This document shows, piece by piece, positions 12,537 to 27,197 of a stretch of 64,000 nt of DNA (position 1 is the stretch's first letter; each line of letters begins with the position of its first letter). The stretch lies in contig OX597840.1 in the NCBI GenBank assembly GCA_951406725.2, positions 18,352,001-18,416,000 on the forward strand, in the 5' to 3' direction. The notes beneath the pieces were generated by a model. It was not told the DNA's origin and ran no database searches. It saw only the letters and a list, made by a program, of their open reading frames with translations. The translations under genes were made by a program, and so were the position numbers. This DNA is from Octopus vulgaris (lineage: Eukaryota).

Positions 12537-12855
12537 GAGACCACCGTCGGTCATGACTGACCTTGGGATTGCACCTAGAAAGTTACCCTCTCAGGCACAA
12601 TTCCGGGCAAGGTTGTTTATGGAAGACCAGCAGTCGCCCATGCATACCAGCCTCCCCTCTCCATGCCACCAGTGTTATCCAAGGGAAAGGCAAAGGGGCC
12701 GATACAGCTTGGCACCAGTGATGTCACAACTCATTTCTACAGCTGAATGAACTGGAGCAAAGTGAAATAAAGTGTCTTGCTCAAGAACACAACACGCAGC
12801 CCGGTCCGGGATTCGAACTCACAGCCTCACGATCGTAAGCTCTACGCTATAACCA
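12537..12855 (-). mobile_element. tRNA-derived SINE (family B)
   Basis: B-box GAGTTCGAATCCC on the minus strand, shared central module, tail matching copies at 21205-21446 and 53830-54152. Confidence 0.85.
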
Positions 12856-15320
12856 CCCCATGTAACAACCCATGCAGCATCATCAACTTTCTCGTCCTTC
12901 TATCCAGTATTGATATTTCCTCCTTAGTCCATCTGAGGATGGACGCACTATATCTGACCACCGCAACTGCCCAGATATTCATTGCGGTAATCAAATTTTC
13001 GGAATTCAGATTGGATTTCAACACCATCTTCACCCATTTTTGATACGCCTCGCTGACCTTGACTTTCATTTCTCTGTGTAAAATGTCATCCAGCTCCCAA
13101 ATCCCTAAATATCTATACCCACAATCGTCGGGTTTACCCATGGTCTCTCCTGATGGTAACCGCAATCCTCTGCAGGATGCTTTCTTCCCTCTTTTCATAT
13201 TAATACTGAGCATTTGGTAATCCCAACTTCCATACCGATGTCTTTACAACTCTTCTAGACTGTTTTTGGTCAAAGAATGTATCTTTTTTTCAGATTTACC
13301 AAACAATTTAAGGGCTTCCATAAACAGAATTTGATTCTATGACAGGCTTTTCTTTCTCCCGCCGGTAACCCATCTTAACTTTCCTAAGTGCCATTGTTAT
13401 GAGTATTAGTTCAATTACAAATATTTACGGAGAAAACGAGTCACCTTGGAAGATTCCCTTTTTAATATTAACTTCTCCAAGTACAATTTGGTTTTCCACT
13501 CTTCCATGCTATGCATCAGAAAGTTTGTGATGTTGTCAACAACACCAAACACCTGCAGGCATTCAACGATCCAAAAATGAGGCATCATATCATATGCCTT
13601 CTTAAAGTCAATCCAAGCCGTAGATATGTTCGTATGATGTTTTTTTACAATGCCTCAAAACTGTTTTATCGATGACCAGGTGATCCTTGGCACCCTGAGA
13701 ACTCTTCCTACATCCTTTTTGTTCCCTTGGTAGTATTTCTTCCTGTGCTAGGAAAGTACATGTCTTTGCCGCACATATTCCAATGAGTATCTTCCAGATT
13801 ATATTTATGCATGATATCTTTCATTAAAAGTGTTGTCCTCCAAGTCACCATCCAGCGGGGATTGTACCTTTCTGGACACACTCATTCAATTGGGCTGCTA
13901 GTCTTTAATGCACCGCGTGGCATCTCTTCAGCCAAAAGCCATGAATCCCTTCTGGTCCGGTGGCTTTCCAGTTAGGCATTTTACCCACTTGTTTTTTCAC
14001 ATCACCCGTGCTTATGACAATATTCCTTTGTTTCTTTCTTCCTTGTGATTCTGTCTTGATAGTTCCTATCTATATTGCAGCCCTTCTATGCACCACATTG
14101 TTTCCCCATAAACCGCTCCAGAACTCCTTGGCTTGATTTGCATCAAGAGCAATATTTTCCCCATTGTCTCCTAACGTTCGGAAGAATTGCTTCGGGTTAT
14201 TTTTTTAACTATCTGTTCCCCTCGAACTACTTATTTCTGTTGACAAATATTCAGATCTGTTTTGTCTTTTTGTTTTTTTGCCATGATCCTATGTTTTAAC
14301 TGCTCTATTACTGCCCCAAACCCGATCAACCGTATTTTATATTTCTTCTCTAATTTTTCTCGGTCGGTCCTTTTCCCATTTTTCCAGTTCCCTCCTAACC
14401 ATTGCTCAATTCTTCCTAGATCTTGCCTTACCCGCATCATGTTGCTTTCAATGCGTCATTTTCACCATGGTTCTTTTGTTCCACCATTTTTAGTTCTCTT
14501 AAGTTGTAATTTCTCCTCAGCAAGTAGTGCAATAGCTCAGAGAAGATTCCCTGTTTGTGTTAAGTCTGGATATATTCATCTTTTCTGTTACTTTATTTAT
14601 CATAATCCTATCTACCCGTCTTCACATTCATGGAGATTTCTTCTTCTGGAGCATCCATCAACTCGTTGAGTCGTCTTTGAATTTCAATCAATTCATTATC
14701 TAATTGGTTCATTTCCTCTGCATGTCCACCCACCACAGTATCAGGGTTCACTCTATAACGCTCCTGTTCCTCATCCTTAACAGCCCCATCACCATTTCCC
14801 TGTTCCTCCTGTCTACTCTTCTCCCTGCTTTCAACTCCGACCTCTCTGTTTTTAACTCCAACCATCCTTTGTAGCCCAACCGCAGGGTCTCTCAGACTCT
14901 CACTAATCCGAGATATTTCTACTCCAGTTGAGTGACCCTTCCTTCTAATCACTCTCACTTGGTTCATTAGTTTCTTATCTGACATCGAACACAGGTCCTT
15001 TTCCATCCAAAATTTCAAGATACGTCGGCCTACTCAGCGACTTCTTTCCAGCTTTGCTCTTTCATGACATTCAATAAGTGTATCGAACTCTTCCTTCATC
15101 AACACCGTGTTTTTGCGCACACCGTGTATGTGATCTGTTGTGACATAACGACCGTCCTAGGCCAGATCACTGCCCCTGATGCGGGCGGTTTCGGACGTGC
15201 CGGGCGGGAAACCTTCACCATGATCTGCTATAGCTTCATTCTCGCCGTTAAATCTTTCCTGGCTTATTGCATCAAAATTTCATGAGTCGTTCGTGGGGTT
15301 CTCACGAGAGTTGTTATTGA
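12856..15320 (-). mobile_element. Decayed R4/Dong-clade (RLE-type) non-LTR retrotransposon, N-terminus to RT; 3' part missing at a SINE junction
   Basis: Frameshifted motifs KLMNQVRVIRRKG, GPEGIHGFWLKR, AWIDFKKAYDMMPH, GIFQGDS, YRYLG, and NIWAVAVVRYSASILRWTKEEISILDRRTRKLM characteristic of R4/Dong RT-thumb. Confidence 0.82.
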
Positions 15321-15547
15321 GATCCCATCTCTCTCGTCCTCTCTTTATTTGTATATACACGTGCACATGTTTCTACATACAGATATATATATATAAATAA
15401 TGTGCGTGCATTGTGTAGCCTCCATAACCACAGTGATTATCATTATCACCACCGTTCTACCCATAGCATTTAAAAATATCAATAATAATATGGGACCCGG
15501 CATATTGCAGCAGATTTTCGTCACTATTTATCAAATAGTTATTATTG

Positions 15548-15930
15548 TAGTAGCTGTGTGGTAAGTAGCTTGCTTACCAACCACATGGTTCCGAGTTCAG
15601 TCTCACTGCGTGGCACCTTGGGCAAGTGTCTTCTATTATATCCTCGGGCCGACCAAAGTATTGTGAGTGGATTTGGTAGACGGAACTGAAAGAAGCCCGT
15701 CGTATATATGTATATGTGTGTGTGTGTGAGTGTATTTGTGTGTTTGTCCCTCCAACATCGCTTGACAACCGATGCTGGTGTGTTTACGTCCCCATAACTA
15801 GCGGTTTGGCAATAGAGTTCGATAGAATAAGTACTAGGCTTACAAAGAATAAGTCCTGGGGTCAATTTGCTCGACTAAAGGCGGCGCTCCAGCATGGCTA
15901 CAGTCAAATGACTGAAACAAGTCAAAGAGT
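15548..15930 (+). mobile_element. SINE family A, near full length, followed by (TTA)n
   Basis: Same head/body/tail as 3113-3482. Confidence 0.9.
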
Positions 15931-15943
15931 ATCGTTATTATTA

Positions 15944-16014
<71 letters not shown>

Positions 16015-16049
16015 TCAACTAGTTAACCTTTTAACCAATTAACTAATTG

Positions 16050-17079
16050 ATTCTTTGATTAATCGTTCGGTCTGCCCCAGCCTCAAGGTTTATCAAAGTC
16101 GTTACGTCGCCATTCGCGAGCTCATCAATGATTTGCATCCTCTTTTCCAAGTTTGCTTCTATGTCTCTTTGTCTGTCTCCAAGTGCAAAGGTTTTATGTT
16201 CATATTGACAGGTTAAAACGACCAGACAGACAGACAGGCAGAAATCAAGCTTAGAGAAGGTAAATCATTGATGAGGTTACGAATGGCTACGATAGGACTT
16301 TGACGAACCTGTAACGGTTAGGATTGATTAGGTACACATTATTATCAAATGTCGGAGTCAGCAGTTGTAACGAAAAAAATTTGTTGTTATAACGGCAAGT
16401 TGCAGGATGTGAAAGATGAACAATGCATGAAGTTTTAAGAAGGTATTTATTTACCGTTAAGCTGAAAACTACCATACCTCGACGGGCAGATTATAACATC
16501 CGAGAGCATGCGAAAGAAAGTTAGATGTGGTAGAATTTTGTTTTTCTTGGCATAGTTTGTTAGTAGTAATACACAGATAGCGATAGATGATGTAAGAGAA
16601 AAGAATTAGAGCTAGTGAAAGTTGTAAGGTTGTGGGACGTTGTCTCACAGTTGCTGACAGTAAACTTCATTTCTCCCTCTTACCAAGGTTCTTGCTGGTC
16701 AGCCAGACTTTGTTGTCGCCGTTGTGATTAACTGGTTGAGTCGTCACCATGTAACTGGACTCGTTGAGTCGTCACTGACTGATTTTTGCTTGGGGTGTTC
16801 TTGCTTTTATAACTATCCAGAAGGATAGACATATCATTGAGACAATAGATTAGTTGGTGGTTTTGTTATCTCTATTCTAGTTTTTGGTGAAGTAGAAGAG
16901 ATTAGAAAGGGTCAAGTAGTGAAGACATTATTTCGGCTTAGCTAAAGGCATCTGGAAAATGTAAAACTGCTGTCAGAAAAAAACCCATTGTTCCACCGTG
17001 GGAAAAGTTCTGTTGCAGTGTTAATTTAAATTTGGCTGTGGTGGATCGAATCCACTTCATGCATGCAAGATTCACTACA
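16050..17079 (-). mobile_element. Probable LTR-retrotransposon relic: 330-bp LTR (16750-17079), PBS-like site and decayed leader/gag start
   Basis: Minus strand begins TGTAGTG, ends GTTACA, is immediately followed by TGGTGACGACTC (TGG-start PBS pattern) and contains TTATAAAAG; no second LTR or pol in the window. Confidence 0.45.
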
Positions 17080-17151
17080 AACCTAACTGATTTACTGACC
17101 GAATGATCACTCTATGAATCGATGAATTAACTGGTCAGCCAACTGACAAAT

Positions 17152-17362
17152 AATAATCCTTTCTACTATAGGCACAAGGCTTGAAATTTTAGTGGAAGGA
17201 TAAGTAGATTACATTGACTACAGTACTTCACTGGTACTTATCGATCCCAGAAGGATGAAAAACGAAGTTAAACTTGGCAGAATTTGAACTCAGAATGTAA
17301 TGACGGATGAAAAGCCGCTAAGCATTTTTCGCAGCGTAATAACGATTCTGCCATTCGCCATC
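17152..17362 (-). mobile_element. SINE family E, diverged
   Basis: Matches 56441-56611 in reverse complement (TTCTGAGTTCAAATT..., GATAAGTACCAG). Confidence 0.7.
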
Positions 17363-17809
17363 TAACAATTGACAAGTAATAATAAAAGAAGTGAAATAGA
17401 ACCAGTGCGTGTGCGTATCATTGGCATAATGACCGTCCTAAAATACAAGATTTTGTCTAATAGTTTTGTATAATCTCAGCTATCCGATTTCTTTTTTTGC
17501 TAATTCATTGTGTGACCCTAGGGTCTCTGAGTGACCCCGAAATATGATAGTAATACAGAGTGAGCTTACTTCATCATCGTTAACGTTTCGACTTAGTAAA
17601 TCTTGCTTTTGTTATCATTATTGAGGCCGTCGTCGTCGTCATCGTCGTCATTGTTTTTTGTGATTAGTCTGGCGACAAAAACGAGCTTACTCATGGCACA
17701 CGTGCGTCTGTTTGGAATGGGGGACGGGTGGGAGATTCGTTGCTGTGTACGTATGTATCCGTGTTTATATATATGTGTGCGTGTGTGTGTATGTATATAT
17801 ACACACACA

Positions 17810-17864
<55 letters not shown>

Positions 17865-17936
17865 ATATCTGTCTATCTCTCTCTCTCTCTCTCTTTCTAT
17901 ATATATATATATATACATAGATAGATAGATAGATAC

Positions 17937-18007
<71 letters not shown>

Positions 18008-18451
18008 TGTGTGTGTATATACATACACATAATATGCTTGTGTATATACAAACATACACACCCACACGCGTAATGTGTGTGTGCTTGTATACACAAGCAT
18101 ATATGGATGCTTGTACACACACATATTTATGTATATGTATATACACACATACATATAATATACATATATACACACGTACATACATGTTTAAATACAATAC
18201 ATTTGTTTCTATGCTTATCTCGCTTACACACACAAACACACACGATCCTTCACAAAACTAAAAATACACATACAAAAATGTCAAAATAAACGTTAATATT
18301 TAACAACTACCAGCTACCCATCCACCCGTATGTATACACAAACACACACACACACTCACACATCTCCCTCTTGCTCTCAGTCTGTATACATACATACATA
18401 CATTGACACACATAAACACTACATACATACATACATGCATACATACATACA

Positions 18452-18526
<75 letters not shown>

Positions 18527-18552
18527 GAAATATTAAAATTACTAAGTCTCTC

Positions 18553-18611
<59 letters not shown>

Positions 18612-18636
18612 CTATATCTACACACACACACACACG

Positions 18637-18697
<61 letters not shown>

Positions 18698-19082
18698 AGG
18701 ATATCACTCCAAGAGTCACTCCCCGACCGATTCACTCAAAATCTCGTAAATAATAGATTTTTTAAACTTGTTTTGTTTCCTTGTTTGTCAGCAGTTTTTG
18801 TCTTTGCTTCTTCGTCCTGTTGCTACCACTACTACTACGACTACTACCACTACCACTATTGTTGTTGTTATTGTTGTTGTTGGTGGTGGTGTCGGTGGTG
18901 GTGGGTGGTGGTGTTGATGCTGTTAATCCCAAGTCCCAGAAGATTCCGAGTCGAAATCACGTGCGATTCTTTGTTTTGCGATAAGTGTGTATATGTTTGT
19001 AATTAGCTGCATACATATAACATGTACATATGTACATATGTATGTGTTTGTGTATACACACACACTTTTATATACACATATG

Positions 19083-19134
<52 letters not shown>

Positions 19135-19260
19135 TACATATATATAAATATAAATGGTTATATATTCAAATATGTGCGTGTGTGTGTTAATAATTAGCTA
19201 TATGCATATAACATGCATGTATGTGAATGTATACATGTATAAATGTACGTTTACGTATAC

Positions 19261-19337
<77 letters not shown>

Positions 19338-19723
19338 TGTATGTATGTGTATGTATGAATGCATGCAGATGTGTGTGTGTGTATGTGTTTGTGTGTGAAT
19401 ATATAAATGGATATATGTAGAGACCCGAGAAAGAGAGAGAGAGAGAGAGATAAAGAGTGGGGGGGAGGGGTGCTATGTGACAATAAAGTTATATTCAGGA
19501 TTTTCAGATAACAAAATTGATTTTTTTTGTTTTGTTGTTGTTGCTGAATATGAATCAACATCGCCATCTGGAGGGAGAACGCTTCACTAAATAAAGATTG
19601 GGGTTTGTTTGCTAGAGTCTCTCTAAAAAAGAAAAAAACCCTTTCCTTTCACTTCGGATCCTGTTCTCTTTCTCTCTAACCCCTCGTTTTCTCTTTAGTT
19701 GCCTTTCTCTCTGTCTGTCTATC

Positions 19724-19766
<43 letters not shown>

Positions 19767-20904
19767 CTCCAACTCTCTCCCTATCTCACTGACCATTTCC
19801 CTTTCTTTCTAGACCTCTCCTTCTCTCTCTGCCCATAGCCCTCTCTCTCCCTCTCTCACCCCGTCTTTCTCTAGCTTTCTCTCTTTCTCACAAACCTCCT
19901 CTCTTTCTCTAAAGTCCTCTCTCCTTCTGTCTCCCCAGATGTCTATCTCCATCTTTCTCCAGCCCTCTCTCCCTCTGTCTAGCTCTCTCTTTCTTTCTCT
20001 CTCTCTCCCTCTCTCGCCCTCTCCTTACTCTCCGCTCTCTCTATACCTTCTGCTTCTCCTTTCCTCTGTATCCCTTTCTTTCTCTGCGTAGCTTTTCCTT
20101 AATCATTCATTCGTAGTCTCTCTCTCTCTCTCTTTATCTTTCTCTCTCTCTCCCTCTTTCTCATCTGTTCTCTCTCTCTCTTCTTTTCCCTGTCTCTCTT
20201 CATTTCTCTCTCTCTCTCTTCTTTTCTCTCTCTCTCTTCATTTCTCTCTCTCTCCCTTTCTCTCCATCTCTCTCTCTCTCTCTGCATTATACACACACAC
20301 ACACACACGCACACATTTCCCTTGTCTACTTATCATTCACATTTCACACACAATTTAGTCATCTCTTTCTCTGTCTTTCATTCATTCTCTCTCTCTCCCA
20401 CTCTCCCTCCCCCCCTCTCTCACACACACACACTCGTACACACAGACATACATACACACTCCCAATTCATTCACCCCCAGCTCTACTTCCCCTCCCCACT
20501 CTCTCTCGCCCCTTTTGTGTTTAGTCACTGCACCTTCACTCACCGACGAACAATACCGTCATCCGCCCCATCACCCCCCCCACTGCCAAACATACACCCA
20601 CCGCCATTATAATAATGCCGCGGTGGGGAGTACGGGGGCCAACAAAGCCACGATGAGGGAGGGGCACTAGTGATTTAATCGACCCCTGTACGCCATTTAA
20701 TGCTTAATCAACTCAACAGCTGAAAGGCGAATATCGATCTCTAGCGATGCTTATAACCCGGTCTCCGACTGAAGAGACGGAACGGTAAATGCTGTGGTGC
20801 TGTGCTGTTTCCACTGTTACGCCATCTTGCACTCAATTTAACCCCTGTCCTACGACTGCTTGACTGGGTCACAGTCGATGATATCAATTTCCCCCTAACC
20901 CCTT

Positions 20905-20935
<31 letters not shown>

Positions 20936-20949
20936 GTGTATATATATAT

Positions 20950-21131
20950 GAGTGGCTGTGTGGTAGGTAGCTTGCTTACCAACCACATGGTTCTGGGTTC
21001 ATTCCCAATGCGTGGCACCTTGGCCAAGTGTCTTCTGCTATAGCCTCGGGTCGACCAAAGCCTTGTGAGTGGATTTGGTAGACGGAAAGTGAAAGAAGCC
21101 GGTCGTATATATATATATGTATGTATGTATG

Positions 21132-21172
<41 letters not shown>

Positions 21173-21446
21173 GTTTGTGTGTCTGTGTTTGTCCCCACAA
21201 CACAGTCACCCATGCATACCAGCCTTCCTCCTCTCCACGTCACCAGTGTTATCCAAGGGTTAGGCAAAGGGGCCGATACAGTTTGGCACCTGTGACGTCG
21301 CAACTTATTTCTACAGCTGAGTGAACTGGAGCAACGTGATATAAAGTGCCTTGCTCAAGAACACAACACGAAGCCCAGTCCGGGGTTAGAACCCACAACC
21401 TGGCGATCGTAAACTAGACGCTCTAACCACTGAGCCATGCACCTTC
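20950..21446. mobile_element. Tail-to-tail junction of truncated SINE A (+, 20950-21200) and SINE B (-, 21205-21446)
   Basis: Family A sequence stops at GTCCCCACAACA and switches to CAGTCACCCATGCATACC of family B. Confidence 0.8.
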
Positions 21447-21700
21447 ACACACACACACACATATATAATGCGTGTGTGTTTGTACCTGTTTGTTCCCTTA
21501 CCGTTTGTCAACTGGTGATGGTATTTTCATGTCCTCGTATATTAACGGTTCGGCAAAAGAGAACGATAGAATACGTACCAAGCTTTAAAATAAAATAAAT
21601 ACTAGGGTCGATACATTCGACTAAAAATTCTTCGAGGCGGCGCCCCAGCATGGCCGCAGTCTCATGACTGAAACAAGTAAAAAATAAGAATGAAGATAAC

Positions 21701-22100
21701 GAGTGGCTGTTTGGTAAGTAGCTTGCTTACGAACTACATGGTTCCGGGTTCAGTCCCATTGCGTGGCACCTAGGCCAAGTGTCTTCTACTATAGCCTCAT
21801 GCCGACCAAAGCCTTGTGAGTGGATTTGGTAGACGGAAACTGAAAGAAGCCCGTCGTATATATGTATGTATATATGTATATATGTGTGTGTGTGTGTGTG
21901 TTAGTGTTTGACCCCCAACATCGCTTGACAACCGATGCTGGTGTGTTTACGTCGCCGTAACTAGCGGTTCGGCGAAAAACCCCCGATAGAATAAGTACAA
22001 GGCTTACAAAGAGTAAGTCCTGGGGTCGATTTGCTCGACTAAAGGCGATGCTCTAGCATGGCCACAGTCTAATGACTGAAACAAGTAAAAGTGTAAAGAA
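21701..22100 (+). mobile_element. SINE family A
   Basis: Near-complete copy; a diverged 3' half precedes it at about 21470-21690. Confidence 0.88.
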
Positions 22101-22829
22101 TAATAAAAATTCAGTCATTACTTTAATCGGGTTTGAATATCGAACCCGTGGAGATCTACATTGACCTCCAGGGATCAATATTGACCACTTTACCGATCCC
22201 TGCTTTACGCAGTCATTGGACGATGAAATAGCCGCGCAGTCGTCCTCAAATCACCATCCACTGCGGTTGTTTTATAACTTTCAGAACTCAACGCCCTCAA
22301 TCACACAAATGACATCTTACAAGCGCTCTCTTCCCCGCTGGGAGACCCGTCGCCCGACTTTGGTACTTGATGTGCATCAGGATATTCCGGGTGGGCGCTA
22401 ATTTGCTATAATGCTAAAGAGTTTCAAAATAAGTGTTTCACTGTAAATCCGAGGGTGCATCATTGAATAGTGAGGCCCCAGTGCCGTCCAGTGCACCCGC
22501 TGAGCAACGCGCATTCCCCCATGTTTCTTTGGCATAAAGATAATAGGACACAACCCACTAAATTATTTTAATCAGACGGGTTAATTTTGTGCACTGGTTT
22601 ATCATTTGTCATATTTCTACTAATTGATAACACCTCATCCTGTTCGCAGTCGGAATCTGTCAAAGATTTCTTTTTTAAACGTGTTTAAAATATTAAGTAT
22701 TTTATCTAACCTAATAGGTATAATATGGCCAACTGGTTAAGTTGTTCGCTTCATAATCATGAGATGCTAGGTTCGGTCCAACTGTGTGTTACCATGTCCG
22801 AATGTAATTTTTTTATAGCTTCGAGTCAA

Positions 22830-23260
22830 CCTATCTACAGCACATCAACCCTCTCCATTCTCCTGTATGGCGCAGAAACGTGACCCTTCTAGAAAACTCT
22901 GGCAAACAGGATCGACGGCTTCGGTAGCAGAACTCTGAGACATCAGATGGTACCATAACTCTTCCAGTAAAGAACTGCGTGCGAGCACGCATCAGCCCGC
23001 AGCCTCCCACCTCATAGCTATCCGGCACATGCGCTGGTACGGAGATGTCTCCGTCTTCTCTAGATCATCCTACCATCTCTCATTTGATGCAGCAGCTGTG
23101 GAATGAAGGAGCCTTGTGGCAGGCCCTGCCCCAGATGATTGTACGAGACTGGGGGAAGATTTCCAGAGGCTCGATGTCATCTTGGAGGGTGCAGAAGGGC
23201 TGGTGTGGGACCGCCAGCAATGGAGAGCACTGGTGAACCTGATCGGCTCTACACATGATG
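22830..23260 (+). mobile_element. Decayed RTE-type LINE 3' fragment
   Basis: Frameshifted MRWYG..., GRP.P, and RLGEDFQRLDVILEGAEGLVWDRQQWRALVN; the DR..WR motif is typical of RTE C-termini. Confidence 0.65.
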
Positions 23261-24000
23261 ACGTCTCTGGGACCCCTAACCTAGGATTACCCCAGCCCCA
23301 TTGAGTCAACCCATAAAATGGGTGGATAGCAACTGTACAGAATCCTGTCGGATGGACTGTACCCGTAATTCAAAAGGTGCACCCATGTCAGTCATTGTGT
23401 CACGCTTATTCTGGCTGAGAATTACATTAAGGGTGCAGATGTCAGTGGAATACTCAGCCACTTATAAGTTAAATAAGGGGCAGGTAATTCAGTGGATCGA
23501 ACAACTAAATCCTCGTTGTCAAACGGCAAAGATCCACCACCACTTGGTTTAAAACCTTCATTTCTAACAAAACCTATGAAACTCCTCTAAACAACCAGCA
23601 CTACCCTAGAACATCTTTGACATTTGCGATCCCCCAAAGTACTCACAACGCCCCCGAGGGGACAGTAGCTCCGAGTTTGAGAACCATTGCTCTATTGTCC
23701 TTAAAAACAAGGGTGCGTTGGATAATATAGTCCTTCATGTGGGATGGTCACGGTAAGGGTAGTTTCGATCGTTAGATCGGCTCCACCCGGATTAAAGAGC
23801 AACCAGAAAGAAAGGATGGTAAGAAATACGAAATACAGTAATGGAGGGTGGGGTAGGGATGGGGGGTAAAAAATATTTATGATTGAATTGTGATTATTTA
23901 TTATTGATATTTATTGGAAAAAAACTAATAAACATCGATATCATGACCTTTTGCTTACAATACAGTGTGTTAAACTTTGGATAAACAGGCACACCGGTGT

Positions 24001-24034
<34 letters not shown>

Positions 24035-24077
24035 AATCACTCAATCTATCTATCTATCTAAATATATGGATATGTAA

Positions 24078-24112
<35 letters not shown>

Positions 24113-24241
24113 GCGTGTAATAAATTTGACTCGGCTCTACGTCCTACACGTCAGATGTTCGGAGATGGTGTAGAGAATTTAAGACAAATCCATTTCTCTT
24201 AAACTTAGGTCTCCATTAGCACACACAAACACACACACACA

Positions 24242-24281
<40 letters not shown>

Positions 24282-24286
<5 letters not shown>

Positions 24287-24724
24287 CATAGGGGCATCAG
24301 CCATCTGAATGTGGCTAGGGACAGGGCAGGGCGGTGGGGGTGTTACTGATGCATTTAGCCCCAGGCGATCATCAACGTCACCAGGAGGGCTGACACCATC
24401 TCGGTGTCCTCTAGCCTGCAAAAGGGAGATCATTCCCCGAAGAAGCGGATGCTACATACGGACCAGGTTTCAAGGTCTTTGCCTATTATCAACGCGAGCG
24501 GTGCTTACCATGCGTTGATAATAGGCAAAGACCTTGAAACCTGGTCCGTATGTAGCATCCGCTTCTTCGGGGAATGATCTCCTTTGCAGGCTAGAGGACA
24601 CCGAGATGGTGTCAGCCCTCCTGGTGACGTTGATGATCGCCTGGGGCTAAATGCATCAGTAACACCCCCACCGCCCTGCCCTGTCCCTAGCCACATTCAG
24701 ATGGCTGATGCCCCTTATGTTATA
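24282..24724. repeat. GC-rich fold-back inverted repeat, arms about 212 bp, loop about 16 nt, starting at a TA tract
   Basis: ORFs 24309+ and 24696- translate identically for 38 aa; arms differ only by a small indel and a terminal mismatch. Confidence 0.95.
24496..24564 (+). ncRNA. Hammerhead-like ribozyme with U3-A8 core variant (family H3)
   Basis: GCGGTGCTTAC-CATGCG-TTGATAA-TAGGCAAAGACCTT-GAAA-CCTGG-TC^CGTATG-TAGCATCCGC; extended stem I, weak stem II (U.U at its base). Confidence 0.6.
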
Positions 24725-24766
24725 GAGCAGTTACTGTTTATATCTCGTCTAGAGATTTATTATTGC

Positions 24767-25270
<504 letters not shown>

Positions 25271-25291
25271 CATATATATATAAATATATAC

Positions 25292-25361
<70 letters not shown>

Positions 25362-25376
25362 TTATATATATACATA

Positions 25377-25434
<58 letters not shown>

Positions 25435-25823
25435 ATAAATAAATAATCACAATTCAATCATAAATATTTTTTACCCCCCATCCCCACCCCACCCTCCATT
25501 ACTGTATTTCGTATTTCTTACCATCCTTTCTTTCTGGTTGCTCTTTAATCCGGGTGGAGCCGATCTAACGATCGAAACTACCCTTACCGTGACCATCCCA
25601 CATGAAGGACTATATTATCCAACGCACCCTTGTTTTTAAGGACAATAGAGCAATGGTTCTCAAACCGGAGCTCGTCGATTGTGAGTACTTTGGGGGATCG
25701 CAAATGTCAACCACTAGGGTAGTGCTGGTTGTTTAGAGGAGCCATAGGTTTTGTCAGAAATAAGGTATAACCAAGTATATATATTGACAACGAGGATTTA
25801 TATTCGATATATATATGATTTAT

Positions 25824-25929
<106 letters not shown>

Positions 25930-26260
25930 ACTTGTACACCGTCAGTTACGACGACGAGGGTTCCAGTTGATCTGATCGATGGAACAGCCAATTCGTGGAA
26001 TTAACGTGCAAGTGGCTGAGCACCCCACAGACATGTGTACCTTTAACGTAGTTCTTGGGTAGATTCAGCGTGGCACAGACTGTGACAATGCTGGCTCCTT
26101 TGAATTACAGGTACTACGCATTTTTGCCAGATGAGTGGACAGGAGCAATGTGAAATAAAGTGTCTTGCTCAAGGACACATCGCGTCCGCCGCCGGAAATT
26201 GAACTCACCACCTTACAATCGTGAGCCGAATGCCCTAACCACTAAGCTATGAACCTTCTC
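25930..26260 (-). mobile_element. SINE family C
   Basis: Minus strand CTTAGTGGTTAGGGCATTCGGCTCACGATTGTAAGG..GAGTTCAATTTCC head and full tail. Confidence 0.85.
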
Positions 26261-26284
26261 ATACATATATACATATATGTGTGT

Positions 26285-26321
<37 letters not shown>

Positions 26322-26368
26322 GTGAGTGTTTATGTATGTATATACATAAATACATATGTGTGTGTATG

Positions 26369-26419
<51 letters not shown>

Positions 26420-27089
26420 TTATATGAGAATGAGTGAATGGTTAGCAGCTTTGCACCAAAGTGGTTGTTGGTTCGATTCCAAGGCGTACCATCTTCAAGA
26501 AATGTGGTTTCCTATACCCTCGGTTCGACCGTATCTTGTGACTGAAATTATGGTGGCACTGCTGATGAAGTGGCTGTCTCTATTGTTTGGGTTGCGGTGA
26601 ACTCTGATCCTGGAGACGTATGACAAAAGACGTTCCAAATATGACAGTCCCCCGCCATCTTTTCGTTCAGATGTAATCAATCATTCTTCTTTATTGTGTT
26701 CGGTCCGTAGGAAAGCGCGATTTGAGGTTGATGTAAGTGTTCCGTCTGGCAAATCCGCTGACCTCATAGAGGCTTTCTCGTCTGCTCGGACACACCTTTA
26801 GACGTACAGAACTACAGGTAGAGACACCGAATGATGGACAGACGTATAAATAGGTAGACAGTTCCGTAGGTGGTTAGATGGATAGAAGAAAGATAGACTT
26901 ATAAATAGATAGGTAGGTAGGTAGGTAGGTATGTAGGTAGGTATGTAGGTAGGTAGGTAGGTAGGTAGGTAGGTAGGTAGGTAGGTAGGAGAGGAGAGGG
27001 GTGGATAGATTGATTGATAGGCAAGTGGAAAGTAGACAGATAGATGGATGGATGGGTACGTAAGATAGATAGATAGGTAACTAGGTAGG

Positions 27090-27153
<64 letters not shown>

Positions 27154-27166
27154 GATAGGTAGGTAG

Positions 27167-27197
<31 letters not shown>

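Noticed and set aside
17560-17750. Possible minus-strand host exon (two GTAAGC donor-like sites, short acidic ORF)
   Set aside because: No recognisable protein similarity or partner exons; needs transcript data.
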